Of a stretch of 64,000 nucleotides of DNA, positions 39,252-52,005 are shown piece after piece. The stretch lies in assembly GCA_035084275.1 (NCBI GenBank), contig CM068758.1, forward strand, positions 5,704,001 through 5,768,000. Reading direction: 5' to 3'. Positions within the stretch are counted from its first letter, which is position 1. The number at the start of each line of letters is the position of its first letter. The notes below the pieces were generated by a model. The model had not been told where the DNA came from. It made no database searches and worked only from the letters and a program-made list of their open reading frames with translations. A program made the position numbers and the translations under genes. This stretch comes from Hydrolagus colliei (taxonomy: Eukaryota).

Positions 39252-39692
39252 GTCAGTCTGGCTCAGTTGGTGGCACACACGCCTCTAGGTCGAAGGTTGT
39301 GGGTACGAGCCCCACACAGATCTTCAGATCATAATGTCAGCACATAACCAAGTGCAGTAGTAGAGGAGCGCAGCATTGCTGGAGGTTATTTGCTTTGGAT
39401 GAGACAGTAAACACAGCCCCTTTCTTTCTTTTCTGCGGTTTTGGTAGACGCTGACATTCCCAAGATGCTATTTCAAATCAACGTCCTGGCCAATATTCCT
39501 CCCTCATCCGATTTCATCAAATACAGATTACATTTGGTCATTCATCTCATTGCTGTTTGTAGGACTTTACTGGCACAGATTAGCTCCCATGTTGCCTACG
39601 TTTCAGGAGTCACTACATTTCAAAGTATGTAACTTGTGGGAAAAAATGCTTTGAGATGTTCCAAAACGATAAGGCACTTTAAGAAATGCAAC
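39252..39692 (+). mobile_element. Full-length old DeuSINE (SacSINE1/AmnSINE1-like)
   Basis: Head gtcagtctggctcagttggtggcac..gaaggttgtgggt; Deu domain gtcctggccaatattcctccctca..ggtcattcatctcattgctgtttgtagga; L2-like tail. Confidence 0.8.
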
Positions 39693-40314
39693 TGTTAGTG
39701 TGCTGAGGCGCAAGCATTGGTGTGATCATTGTAGTCGGTTTAAGGAATTTCATGCAAGATTGTAGAAATCAAATTAACACAGTGCTATAACACTGCGTTC
39801 AAAAACAAGCTTTGTTTTAACCCCAGGGTCAAAAAGGACGTCTTAGTATCCAAATCATCCATCATCTGTGACAAGTAGAATGCACCTAACAGATGTTTCA
39901 CAAACATCTGTGCCAGCTTCATCTGTTACTGTAAGACTAGGCCACCTGTTATCGTTCAAGGTGCATGATCCACATTTACAAGCGCAAAACATCACTCCTG
40001 TGCCACATGACTAATTAAGAAATTATACAGGCTTTGAATACAATTTCAAAGTCATCCACTGAACGGGCAGGCGGGGGAAGCAGGAAGCCACAGGATTATG
40101 GTAACTGACCAGCAAAACGGGCTCTGTGAAATGGAGCAAAAGAGCTGGCACAAACAAGGGTGTTAAAAAGCCATTTTCCAGCTGAATACTTTTACCTCCA
40201 AACATCTGACTGGTTTATCACAGCAGAACTTCCCTCCCATAAATCTAACGTGTTACCCAATCGCTTTTAATTCTTTCAAACAAAATCTTTTCCATTTCAG
40301 GAAGAGAAAGAAAA

Positions 40315-40745
40315 AACAGTTTGCAGTTTTATAGCACCTTATCACGCAAAAATGTCTCAAAGCCCTTTAGAGCAATTAGTGTCGAGTGCAGTGACCATTT
40401 ATTTTGTAGGGAAACGCTTTGTACGCAGCCATTTTACACACAGTAAGGTCCCACATGTATCCATGAGGCAAAAAAACAAATTAGTTAGAGAATTGTCGGC
40501 CAAAACTTTGGAAGAAATGCTTTGCCTTTCCAGCAGCCTGAAATCTTTAACATCTACCTAAACAGGCGGAGAAGACTTCAGTTTGAAGACTGAGTTTTGT
40601 CTCATCTGAAAACTTGTACCCCTGACAATGCAACACATCCCTATTACTATACCATAGCCACTAAATTACAAACACAAACACAATGTCTGGACCCACAACC
40701 ATCTGATTCGAAGGTGAGAGGATGACTAACTGAGCCAAACTGTCA
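40315..40745 (-). mobile_element. Full-length old DeuSINE, opposite orientation
   Basis: Tail ttgcagttttatagcacctt on the left; head cccacaaccatctgattc..aactgagccaaactgtca on the right. Confidence 0.7.
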
Positions 40746-40785
40746 CACATTGTACAACTGAGCTATTAACAGCAACTCTAAATTA

Positions 40786-40930
40786 TGATAATAATCCTTA
40801 CATTTGATATAGCCCCTAATTACGTCTTTGAGACATCTTAAAGCACGTCACAGAATATACTTTCAAGTGAATTGACTGTATATTTTGTGGGTGAAACACA
40901 GCAGTTAATGGCACACAGCAGTGTCCATAA
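40786..40930 (-). mobile_element. Family A SINE 3' fragment
   Basis: Same tail and body motifs as the other copies. Confidence 0.75.
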
Positions 40931-41149
40931 ATTGCATTGTATTTACAATAAAAGCATTTTCACTTGCTTTCTAAAATCTTTATTTTTACCTAGTATTTGT
41001 AACATGTCCCTGATTTCCAATCATATTAGCTCCCAAAATGATCATTTTGAACAAGCAGATGGCTCTGAATTCATTGTAAACTTGACTTTGCCTGCTCCGA
41101 GGGGAAAAAAAATCAGCTAAGACTCCCAATACAATGATTGTAATTAGGA

Positions 41150-41300
41150 GCGTAAAGGGACAAGTTAGGAATTCTTTTCCTTTGAGGGGTATCAGACGAT
41201 GGAATGAATTGCCAGGGGTGGCATTAGAGCAGATTTGATTAGGACATTTAAAAATAAATTAGACAAACACATGTGGAGGATGGGTATTCGAGGGAATGGA
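41150..41300 (+). mobile_element. CR1 ORF2 3' end fragment
   Basis: ggaattcttttcc..tggaatgaattgcca..tttaaaaataaattagacaaacacatg encodes WNELP..FKNKLDKHM. Confidence 0.75.
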
Positions 41301-41437
41301 GAAAGAGCAGGGAATGGGATTACTAGCTGTACCCGTTAAAGCTTTGCTCGTAATCAAAGGATCCAATATGGAATGTAGATTGACACACAAACAAACATTT
41401 CATCTTTATCTAGATGGAAGGACTTGTTTAATATATT

Positions 41438-41530
41438 TTCTCTCAGTCTCTCTCCCAATCAGTCTCTCTCACTATCTCAGTCTCTCTCTCTATTTCTCTC
41501 TGTCTTCTCTCTCTTAATCTCTCTCTCAGA
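41438..41530 (+). repeat. Degenerate (CT)n low-complexity tract
   Basis: tctctcagtctctctc-type units. Confidence 0.75.
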
Positions 41531-41587
41531 CTGTCAATCTTTGTCTCCCACAAAACAGTCACTACACTTTATAATATATTTTATGAT

Positions 41588-41735
41588 AAATAATAATAAT
41601 CCTTGTATTTGATGTAGCACGTTTCAAGTCTTTTATATAGACATCTCAAATCACTTCACAGAATATACTGTAAGGTGAATTGACTGTTTATATGTGGGTG
41701 AAACATGGCAGCCAATTGCATACAGCATTGTCTCA
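41588..41735 (-). mobile_element. Family A SINE 3' fragment
   Basis: taataatccttgtatttgatgtagcac..ggcagccaattgcatacagca. Confidence 0.8.
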
Positions 41736-42189
41736 GTGTATGCTTTCCTGGTTGCTATGTAGAATACAATGCAGAACTCATATCTTGAGTTATATCAATA
41801 TCACTCATATCAATGCTTAATTAAATTATTTTGTAATATAGCTCACGAACAATAGAGACTCCCGCACAAAATGTCCATGACACTGCCAGATGCAAGACCT
41901 TTCCAATGAGGTACAAATCATGTCTCTACGTCAATCAGTTATTGGGTGATTGTCAGAAACACAGACACACATTCATTTCATCTTTATTAGTGTGTATAAA
42001 AGATGGCTTCCATGACCGAGCAAACATCGGCACCAATACAATGGCTAGTTCGGTTGGGATATATTCTTTGGAGCTGAAGGGCGAGTTAATCACAGTACAG
42101 TATTTAGAATTAAAAGAGGGTCAGACAAAAAATAAGCAGTGGATCCATCAGTTTCAAGAGGACATAAACAAAATGGATTAGGACCATAA

Positions 42190-42378
42190 TGAGGGAACAG
42201 ATTCTTTTAAAAGCTATTAAAAGAGAATTAGATCTTTATTTAGGGAGAACAGGCCTGTTAGGTTATGGGGAGAGAGCTGGGCAGTGGGATTGAGTTGCTC
42301 TTTTCAAAGAGCCTGCACAGACTAGATGGGCCGAATGGCCTCCTTTTGTGCTGTAAAACTCTATTATTCTATGATTCT
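42190..42378 (+). mobile_element. CR1 3' UTR and tail
   Basis: gatgggccgaatggcctccttttgtgctgtaa followed by an attctatgattct CR1-type tail. Confidence 0.8.
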
Positions 42379-42619
42379 CATCACTGTTGCAGAATGCCAT
42401 AAGATGAGAAATCAATTGAAGGAATTAGAGAGATGGATAACTACCTGTAGAGCAAAAATATTGAGCAGGAAGGCAAGGATGTGGGGGAGATTTATAGATG
42501 CGGGCCGTGGAATGGTCAGGTAAATGCTCTGATGCAGCTGATCGAGTACTGCATCGTACTTATTTTCTTCTTTGTCAGCCTGACTTGGCCATAGCATTCT
42601 TACTTTTGCATAACATTGT

Positions 42620-42990
42620 GCATTCAACCCCCACGTCAGGAACTCAAAATTCTCATATTCTGGCCTGAAGCTCCAATCCAATGCAGGGGTGTGCTGTATT
42701 GTTGGAGATACCATGCTTTGGATGAGACATTAATCTAAGGTCCCATTTGCCTGTGTAGGTGGCCGTTAAAATATTTCAAGGTACAGTACTACTTGAAAAG
42801 ACAAAGGCAGTTTCTGCCAGGGTCCCTTTTAATGATTCCCCAGGTAAAATTTATGTCTGTTTCTGGGGCACAACTGAGCACAAATTTGGCATAAAAAGAC
42901 AGTCACTGGACTTTCCAGAAGATTATGTGAAGTACTTAGAGACGTCCCCAACTTGAAGGGCACTATAACAATTGCAAGGATTATTATTTT
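42620..42990 (+). mobile_element. Old DeuSINE fragment
   Basis: gtgtgctgtattgttggagataccatgctttggatgagacattaa; tail tgaagggcactataacaattgcaaggattattatt. Confidence 0.6.
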
Positions 42991-43103
42991 TTAATGGTTT
43001 AAATCAGAATGCAGGCAAACTGTTGACCACTAGAGGGCTTTTCTCCCAAGAGTATTAAGATGGGAGAAGGTAAGCGAAACCTCCAGTGTAAGATATTGTT
43101 CAG

Positions 43104-43470
43104 AATAATAATCTTTGCATTTAATATAGCGCTTTTCACGTATTCTCAAAGCACTTCACAGAATGTACTGTAAATTGAATTGACTGAATATTTGTGGGCG
43201 ATACACGGTAGCCAATTGCACACAGCAGTGTCCCACAAATAGTTGTAGATGGAATTGAGTGACCAAATTATTATTGTTTTGTTTCTTGAGGGATTATTAC
43301 CCCCGGAAAAACAATGTGCCAATTGACTAACGCCCATGTTCCTATTTACCTGCTAGGTGAACAGAGGCGTGTGGAGTAAGGAATCTTGGCCAACGTTTCA
43401 CCCCTACTGGGAATAGAACCCAGATCTCTCACTTGCGAGGCGAGAGTTCTAACCCTGAGCTATAGGATTC
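43104..43470 (-). mobile_element. Full-length tRNA-derived SINE (dominant family in this window; 'family A')
   Basis: Minus strand: tRNA head with A/B boxes (tagctcagggttag, gggttctattccc), central ttccttactccacacgcctctgttcacctagcaggtaaatagg, Deu-like gtgggacactgctgtgtgcaattggct, L2-like tail ending (tta)n. Confidence 0.9.
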
Positions 43471-43669
43471 CAGAAGGCAGGTGACGCGAACTTGCTACAC
43501 CACCAGTTTGTGGCTTGAGGTAGAACATTTTCTGGAGCCACAAATGCCTCATATTCTCTCACCAAACACTTTTCAGGCACTAGAGGAACTGTAATATATA
43601 GAGACTGTTTTATGGTCTCTGCCTTTGTGAGGAAGCCAATGTTGCTTGTCAGCCAAGAGAACAATAAGG

Positions 43670-43713
43670 GCGTTATGACTAGCTGCAGTGCACTTGTGCT
43701 GGCCTGGGAAAGG

Positions 43714-43751
<38 letters not shown>

Positions 43752-43880
43752 TCAGCAGGGTCCCTCATCTGATCACCATTAAACTGACCCCTGCTGGAAA
43801 GTGTGCGTGTGGATCAGGCTCAATTGTGACTAGTTTCTTAGCCAAATAGCCTGCTAGCCTCATACACGGAGGAATGCCCT
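43670..43880 (+). mobile_element. AmnSINE2-like fragment with internal (AG)14 at 43719-43746
   Basis: aaaaatcagcagggtccctcatctgatcaccatt..tgacccctgctggaaagtgtgcgtgtgga. Confidence 0.7.
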
Positions 43881-45339
43881 GCACCTGTGGAATACGAGCA
43901 TCAGTCGACACCTTCAGCAGAAAGGAGAGGGGAGCAAACTATTGTGCAAATAAACCCCATTACTGTACAACACAACACAAGTCAGGGCTGCTCCTCCTCA
44001 CATGGTGTGGTCCCGATGCGAAAGGTGCTCAATCATTTTGTAATTTTGTTGTTGTTTTTGAGTGGTTGTGTTATCAGGCACGAAAGACAATTATCCTTCG
44101 AATTTTGTATTCAATGTGGTTTATTCCCATGCTGATCATTAAAACACAGCAATCTCTTTATTACTCTGTTATAATTAGTAATGTTTCTATTAGACACAGT
44201 ATAAATTCAATCAATAAAGCTCCCACGGAACCCTACCCTTAGAAATGCATTGTTGCTGTATGAATTGGCATTTCACACTTAAACCAGTTTGGTGTCTTGG
44301 TGTTATGGTTGCCAACTGGGGTTAAATTGCAGCCTCAAACCCATTAATAGTTTGGTTGAACGTGTCCTAAACTGGTGTCAGGTTGATCTTTTCTCTTTAG
44401 TAGAGGCTGGCTTTTATCCAACAATAGATTTGGACCCAGATCCCTGAAATAGAGAGGCGCTCCTTCAGTCTGTCCTGCAGGGTATACTATTATTGAGGAC
44501 TGCATTAGAGAAATGTATTTTCCACATAATTATTTTGTGATTGAAAGTATTGCAAGCAATCTGTGTTGCATCAGAAATCAATGCTTTAGAGCAGGGTGGT
44601 CCAACCTTTTGGTTGTGAGGGTTGGATGCTAGATTTCAGAAACACCCATGGGCAGCCTAAGCGATATTTTATCCTGATTAGAGTAGAATAATTGTTTGAG
44701 AGCATGATTTGGAGAAGGTATTCCATACTCTGTTTTGACAAATCCAGTGCCTATATTTTTGGCCTATCATTTCACTAAGTTACAAATAGGTTGAATGTTG
44801 ATCTAATCCTCTAGACAATAATTAGGCTTTATTAGGCACACCAAGTGCAAAGCCCTGTGAGCACCTGTCCACGGAGAGAGTATTGGGTGGGTTGTTTAAT
44901 TAGTTGCAGTGTGAGGTTTGAGTGGTGCGAGACAGTGCTGACCGGAACCCCAATGAACATCATTGCAATGCTATGATAAGAATGACTACCAGCACCATCA
45001 ATGGCTAATTGGTGCGTGCAGCTGGCTAGGAAATGAACATTCAGAAATGCCTTGAATTCCTGGTTTCATTTGGCCTCGTTTGCTGTGGGTAGCTGCTATA
45101 AAGATTCAAGATGTTGACATTGTGCGAATGTCACCAACCATCACGCAGCGTTTCCACTGAGAACAATTACTCTTTTTCTCAGGCACCTAAACTGCGAGCG
45201 CTTTCTTGCGTCTATTATGCTAAGGCTGCAAATCTTGATTGAAATTAATCGTTTTTCTTCATTAAGAAATTCTTCACTAAATTAATTATCATAGCATTAC
45301 AAAGCAATATTACTCAGTTTCTTCACCGGTTATTCTACA

Positions 45340-45490
45340 TGTAACAATTATTAATAACTTAAATTAAATAATAAATACTACTATATGAAATAATTGTTAG
45401 CAATCAATGCTAATAAATCTAATAATGAATACTAAAATCTAATAATTATTCAGTAAGTATTAATAATCTCCAGTAATTATTAATAATCGC
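45340..45490. repeat. AT-rich TAATAA low-complexity tract with a 20-bp tandem duplication at 45451-45490
   Basis: cagtaagtattaataatctc cagtaattattaataatcgc. Confidence 0.7.
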
Positions 45491-46103
45491 TATCAAGCAC
45501 TCCGGGACACTACCTTGCATGAGGGGCTCTATAAAATGCACGTTATTGTTGTATTTAACTCAAACATTTGGACAACTGGCCTAATTTCAAAATTGCTTGG
45601 CAGAAGTCCAGCTAATCACCGCTGGACATGCCTTTTGCAGATATGTCTGAGACACTTGGGTGAATACTGAAGGTCTAAAGTGCAAGATCAGGTGACAGAA
45701 AGTAGGAAAGAAAAATCTCGAGCTGAACACTGCAGGAAATAACTAAAATGCAATATGCAAGGAATAAAAACAACTTGTGATGGACAAGCTCTTATGCAAC
45801 GGATGAAAGCAATTCCCGAAACCTGATTTTTCAAGCAAATGTCTCCAGGTCATCCTGTAAATAGGATCTTTTGGAAAGTCAGTTGTAAAGTCAAATTGCT
45901 GGATCTGTCCATGTGGATCGTGTTGCAGATTCACAAGGTCCCAGTGCAATTTTTCTTGGATTTTGAAATTTGGGCCAAAATCCAAAGACACCCGGGCTGG
46001 CCAAAACTAGATTTTTTTTTCTTTGCTTTGCTCAGTTTCTCTGTCTCGGTTTCTATTACACTACTGAACTTCAAATTGTAAGAAAATATAGAAATGAGGC
46101 TTA

Positions 46104-46174
46104 GGGGTGGGGGGTGGGGGGGGGGGGGGGGGGGGGCGGGCGGTGGGGGGGGGGGGGGGGGCGGGCGGTGGGGG
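46104..46174 (+). repeat. Poly-G tract with repeated ggt(g)n-cgggc units
   Basis: About 70 nt, almost entirely G. Confidence 0.9.
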
Positions 46175-48896
46175 AGAAAGGCTGGGAAACAAAAAGGAAC
46201 ACAGATTAAGTCCCGTAATAGTTATTGAGAAATTGCGTCAAGATGGAAGCAATTCCAGTTTGTTGGGCAGAGGATCCCAGCTGAGAACGCTTCCGCTTCT
46301 CCAGTTACAACTTCTCATCTCAGATGACAGCTTCTTCACTTTAATCAGCCTTACAAATAAACAGAGCTTTGAGGCGACAGTATCCCTCCTTTTTTTTTCT
46401 TTGTTTGCCCACCCAGGCTGGATTTCAGATATTAAAACAAACAGAAACATACATAACATTCTCTGAGAGCTACCCTTCTCTTTTGCTTCTTTCATAAAGC
46501 CTTTTATCACAAATATTCTGCTCATGTTACAGGGTTGTGAGGTTCATAAAGATATGGGTCTTAAAATAGACAAAAATCCTCCTCCCCCTTTACTCAAGTG
46601 AAAATACATTAGCTGTATGATTTGTTCACATATAAGGAAGTAGTTGTAATTCATGTGATGGAAGTGCTTGACATCAAGGTGAAAACTGAAGCTTGAAATT
46701 ATTGGTAAATACGTGACTGACAGGCCAAGTGACCAATGAGATTAGATGCTTCAGCAAGTGTCTGAGTAAAGGTGTGAGCGAGTGCATTGTGTCACTAGGT
46801 CACAAGCAGTTTAGAGGAAGTAAACCCTTCAACTCCTCCGATTTTATTCTTCTAGAATACCCACCTTACTGTGGCCCCCCTTTCCAGCATCAAGTTGTTT
46901 AAGAATCCAGTGCCATAACCTTTGGTAAGAAGAAATGCTTTAGCGTCAGGCAACCGATGACCTCTCCTGCTGCCTTGATGTGGGATGTGTGTCATCTTGC
47001 CTCTTGCCCTTGGATTCCCACTGCAGGACTTAAGTTTATACATATTGACAGGCTGATACTCTGGTGCAGTGCATACAACAGAGTTATTGCCCTTTGGATG
47101 AATGCTAACCTGTAGTAATGTAGCTCAATCTATTTTATGCACCAATACAATTTAAATATTTGCCCCAAACAAATGCAACCAGTAAAATAAACTGCTTGAG
47201 GGAGGCCTAATATACCAACAAAATATTCTGTGGGGAAAACCAAGGAATTGCTGTCCTAAGAGGAAAGGAGAGGGAAAAATCAAAGAATTGTAAATTTGGA
47301 CACGTTGAAGATATCAGGTCTGTGTGTGGCCTCTTCAATTAGACATTGCCTCTGATAGTGTACAGACAACCACCTGTTCAATGAGTCACTGAGCACAGAG
47401 ACTGTATTGTGATCCACTCCTAGTGAAGAGGGACCTCTCTCTGCTGGAAAGTGTGCATATGAGAAGATCTGTATATTATCACTCTCTTCGCTCCACAAAC
47501 AGTAAACAAGCTTGTGTTCCACCCAATCCACCCCATCATTGGTGAGGAGCTTCAAGCCATCGGACCTCTATCACAGAACCCTGCAGGTTTGCTCTCTTTC
47601 TTGCTCAAAATCCACCTTAAAACACCTTTTCAAAGTTTTTTTTGGCTATCTCGGTTCTCTTCCCCCACTCAGCTCAACCTCCCAGGTTGTGAAGAATTGT
47701 GAAGAATTATTTGATGCTGTGGTGAGTGGGTATTCTGGAAAGATGAATCAAATAGGTCAAAGGGCCTTCCCCATTCAAACTTCTCTTATGATGCTGACCA
47801 CCTCACCTCTTGGCTGCTTTTGCCCTGCTATGATTTGGCCACAATTGGGATTTATCCACGGTGGTGGGGATGGGAGGGGAAGAGAAAGACACAAGCAAAG
47901 ATACCAGAGAGAAAGTACCTGACAAGCAGAATCTTTGAGGGATAAAGGGAACACGTTGGAAAGCATGAGAGGACAACTTAGTAAAAAGGACAGCAGTAGC
48001 GTACAGCTAATGGGCCAATTGGCTTCCTGTGTTGAAAATGTCAGTTTCTAAAAGAACACGTCATCTGGGCAGCAGAGAGATATCACACAGTACATACTGT
48101 GTGTTCTATACTTTTCAATAAAGCGAGAACGCCGGGTATATATTATTAACCTGTTATTATGGATCATAAAACAAGGCGGGAAAAAGTCATCAGCAATAAA
48201 TGGTCCATTACGAGACCCAACCACACATGATCATTGGGCAAACCTCAGGTGGAGTTGGACAATCCTTGGCTCCAGGTGTCTGGTTCCACATTGAGCCAGT
48301 AAACTGATGGTTACAGGCACAGCAGTTTATATACAAAGATTCATAGTCATTTGCACATATTTCAAAAATAGAAAAGCTAATTTTGTTTCTAAGCTGACCT
48401 TCCCTTATATATGAAGCATATTTTATTATACCACCTAAGGCAATCTGCAGGGAGATTTATGTAATTATACAAACAAGACTGCGGTCTGAGAACAGGTTGT
48501 CGGACTGAATGAGGAGTCCAGGCTGCTCATAGTATAATACTCAGTGCACAGTACTATATTGTACAGTCACAAGGGAGGTCAAGGCTGCAGCAAGGCAAGG
48601 ACTCAGAGTGAGATCAGCCCTTCAGATTCCATTAGCTCGTGGAGCCGCAAGCTGAGCTCAACCATCCATAAACTGGGACAGCTTCCAGGATCTGTCGCAC
48701 TGCAACGGATCGGGAATGAGCTCCAGGTGAATTTCCTAATTTAGTTCCAGGTTTCCTAATGGAACTGTAAGGACTAGGGAGGTCTTCAGTTCAATTTTAG
48801 ATTGAATTCTTGGATCAATGGGCCAGCAGTCATTGATATTAGTGCCCAAGCGAGGAGGGAAAAAAGACATCAGGGGGCCTTCTTCAGATTAATATT

Positions 48897-49270
48897 GTGT
48901 TCAGCTTGGCTCAGTTGGTAGCACTCTCTCCACCGAGTAAGACTTTTGTGAGATCAAGCCCCACATTGGGACTTTGAACATGTATAGGCTGTACTGACAC
49001 TTCAATTCAGTACTGGGGGAGAGCTGCATTGATTGAGCTTCCTTCTTTCAAATGAGATGTTAAACTGAAGTCCCATCTGTCCGTTCAGTTGGATGTTAAA
49101 AATCCCCATAGCACTATTTGTAAAGTGAAGGGAGTTTTCCTGGCTAACAAACCACCAAATAATATAAGTCATTCATTTCATGGCTGTGTGTGGGACATTT
49201 CTGTGGGCAAATTGGCTGCCGTGTGCAACTACAGTCACTGTACTTTACAGTAAATCCAATGAAGCACATT
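48897..49270 (+). mobile_element. Old DeuSINE
   Basis: tcagcttggctcagttggtagcactct head; tgtgggacatttctgtgggcaaattggctgcc Deu segment. Confidence 0.8.
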
Positions 49271-50949
49271 GACATATGCAGAAGCAGTATAAGTCCCATC
49301 GGTATCATAAAAGGCTACCTTTAGCAGAATAGCAGGCCTGTGCTGCTCAAAATCAAACCCTTTTATTGCCAATTTTTATCCTCAGTGGAACACGCAAACT
49401 CTTCGTTGAGGTACGATCCCATAGAAATCCAGAGTGTGGATACTATCTCATTATTAACCAACATCATAGATTGCCAAATTGCTACCTCAGGACTCAGGTT
49501 TGGCGCGGGGAATAGGCTACCACATTCTGGAGACTCAGTATTGCTTATAACAGCAACGGCACTCTGGCACTAGTGCTGTTCAACCACATCATTGTGAGGA
49601 GCTCGCAAGCCAGGGATAGCGAGGCGGGAGGAGATATTGAAAGAAAGAACTAAAGTAAATCTACCATTTAGAACATTTCCTTTCGCTTTTCAGTTTGGCT
49701 ACATAGGAGACCCAGAAAGTCACAAAACCTAAGCAACACCTGTGGGCAATGTGGGATCTCACTACATTAGGGGTAAGAGGTCAAGGGGAGGAGGAAATCT
49801 AAACCTTGTATATTCACTATTGAAAAACAACATTAGAGAGACATCAAACGAGGAGTAAAAGGTCTGCTTTACCCATTATTGAAACAGGACTATTCAGATC
49901 ACTGTGCGTTGACAGGGACTGTGGAGTGAACGTGGCTGATAAAGGACTTTGGCAAATAGGAAAGAAAAAACAAATACGGGCCTGGTTTCTCACACCCTTT
50001 GTCTGCCAATCACAGATCAGTCTGCTCAAAAGAGCAAAGGTCAATAGCAACAAAGGAAGCCCGGCAGATTCTCCCAGCAGCTGAGCGTGCAAGTCCGCCT
50101 CGCTCTTTGTTTATCCAGCTAACTCAATTTAAAATGCTTGCTGCCTTGGTTCACCTCTAATGTGTTGCTTCTGATGCATCCATTCATCAAGAAAAGTGAC
50201 GAGAGCCAGCTCTACTTTCCGATCAGCGTTCCAAGATAATTCCCCTTCACTATTTGAAATCCGTCAGATACAAATAGATAATCTCCTTTATCAACAGCTC
50301 GACATCTACACCAGATTCTAGAACTGCCACCTGGTTTTAGACTGGGACATTCTGGAAAATTCTGAAATGTTTAAATGAGACACAGAAAGTCAAAGACCTC
50401 AACATTTTCTCATGGTTATAGCTTTGAGAGCATCCTCTTAACATTTAGGATTGTGCAGAATGTTTGTTTTTCAAATACATTCTTAATTTGGAAACCGATT
50501 TTCTGCATCAAGGTTAAGAAAACCAAGAATTAATTAAATTATTTTCCAAATTCAACAGTTTTCAAAATTAAAACTTTGAGAAGTGCAGCGAGTTTCTCTC
50601 AGTGTCCTGGCCGGAAACTATCCAATATATGGAACCTCTCAATTGTTTGGTTTGAATATTCCTAAACGTTGTGATGTGTGATGCTTGACGTGTGTCAAAC
50701 ATTCAGCTGACCAAAAAAAGCCCTGACCTGTCACCCAGTCTTAACATTTAAGATGGCACAGAATAATCAGAAAATTCCTTAAATTCCTGCTTGGAAATTT
50801 TTTTTTTAAATTAAGATTGAATATAAAATTTTCCACAAAATTTCTTGCCGTCTTAAAAGTTCAAGATACAATGGTTTTATGGGCTAAGGTGAGGTGGATA
50901 TTGAACTGAGTACGTGATGTAGAGATAATAAGAAAATTTAATACATACA

Positions 50950-51060
50950 AATAATAATCCTTCCATGTGATAGAGTGCCTTATCCCGTCTCCGAGGCATC
51001 TCAAAGCACATCACAGAATATATTGTAAAGTGAATTCACTGTATCTTTTGTGGGTGAAAT
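50950..51060 (-). mobile_element. Family A SINE 3' fragment abutting the netrin splice donor
   Basis: ataataatccttccatgtgatagagtgcc..tgtaaagtgaattcactgta..tgggtgaaa. Confidence 0.8.
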
Positions 51061-51066
51061 CCATCA

Positions 51067-51360
<294 letters not shown>

Positions 51361-51817
51361 TCACTTTAGGCTGTGAACCAACAGGCAACTAGGTTGGCTA
51401 TCCAAATTCACTTCACATGAGATTTTTACAACAGCCACATTTCTGGAGTGGAATCAACCAAAAGTAACAGGTTAGTGTCACATTGCACCATTGTGGTCAC
51501 TTTCCAGTCTCGAAATAGTTGATCACAGTCCCACTACCAGAGTGACAATTTAAATGTAATTTTAGGCTAAGATGCAAACAGAGATCGATGCAGAAGGGAT
51601 CCAGCGTTAAATATTGTTCTGCATAAGGATTCCCTGACATTATTCTCAATAGCAAGGAGCAGTTTGCTCAACAGGTTTTCCTGAATACTCCACTTCCAGG
51701 TGCTGCTCTTTAGTTTAAACATAAACATTGACCTGCAGGTAATTGCTAACATGAAGTGACAGTAATCCTACCACGAATGTGTCCAAAGTAAGAACATTGT
51801 GTTTACAATTGAAAACA

Positions 51818-52005
51818 ACGGCTCAGTGGGTAAAAGCACTGCCCAGTAAGGAACACCCATGCAGATCAGGCAAATTCCCAGCTTTGATCCCTGCTCTGTG
51901 CTGATTTAGCTGATCTCAGTGGGAGGGAGGTGTTGAGAAGGGTGTGGAGTGGGGTACTACAATTGACCTCAACACCCTTTGGTTGGAAAGGGGAAAAATC
52001 CTCCC
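51818..52005 (+). mobile_element. AmnSINE2-like 5' half
   Basis: ggctcagtgggtaaaagcactgcc..tgatccctgctctgtgctgatttagctgatctcag..ggggtactacaattgacctcaac. Confidence 0.75.

Noticed and set aside
44592-44660. Possible hAT-Charlie terminus (cagggtggtccaacctttt)
   Set aside because: No matching second TIR or TSD found.
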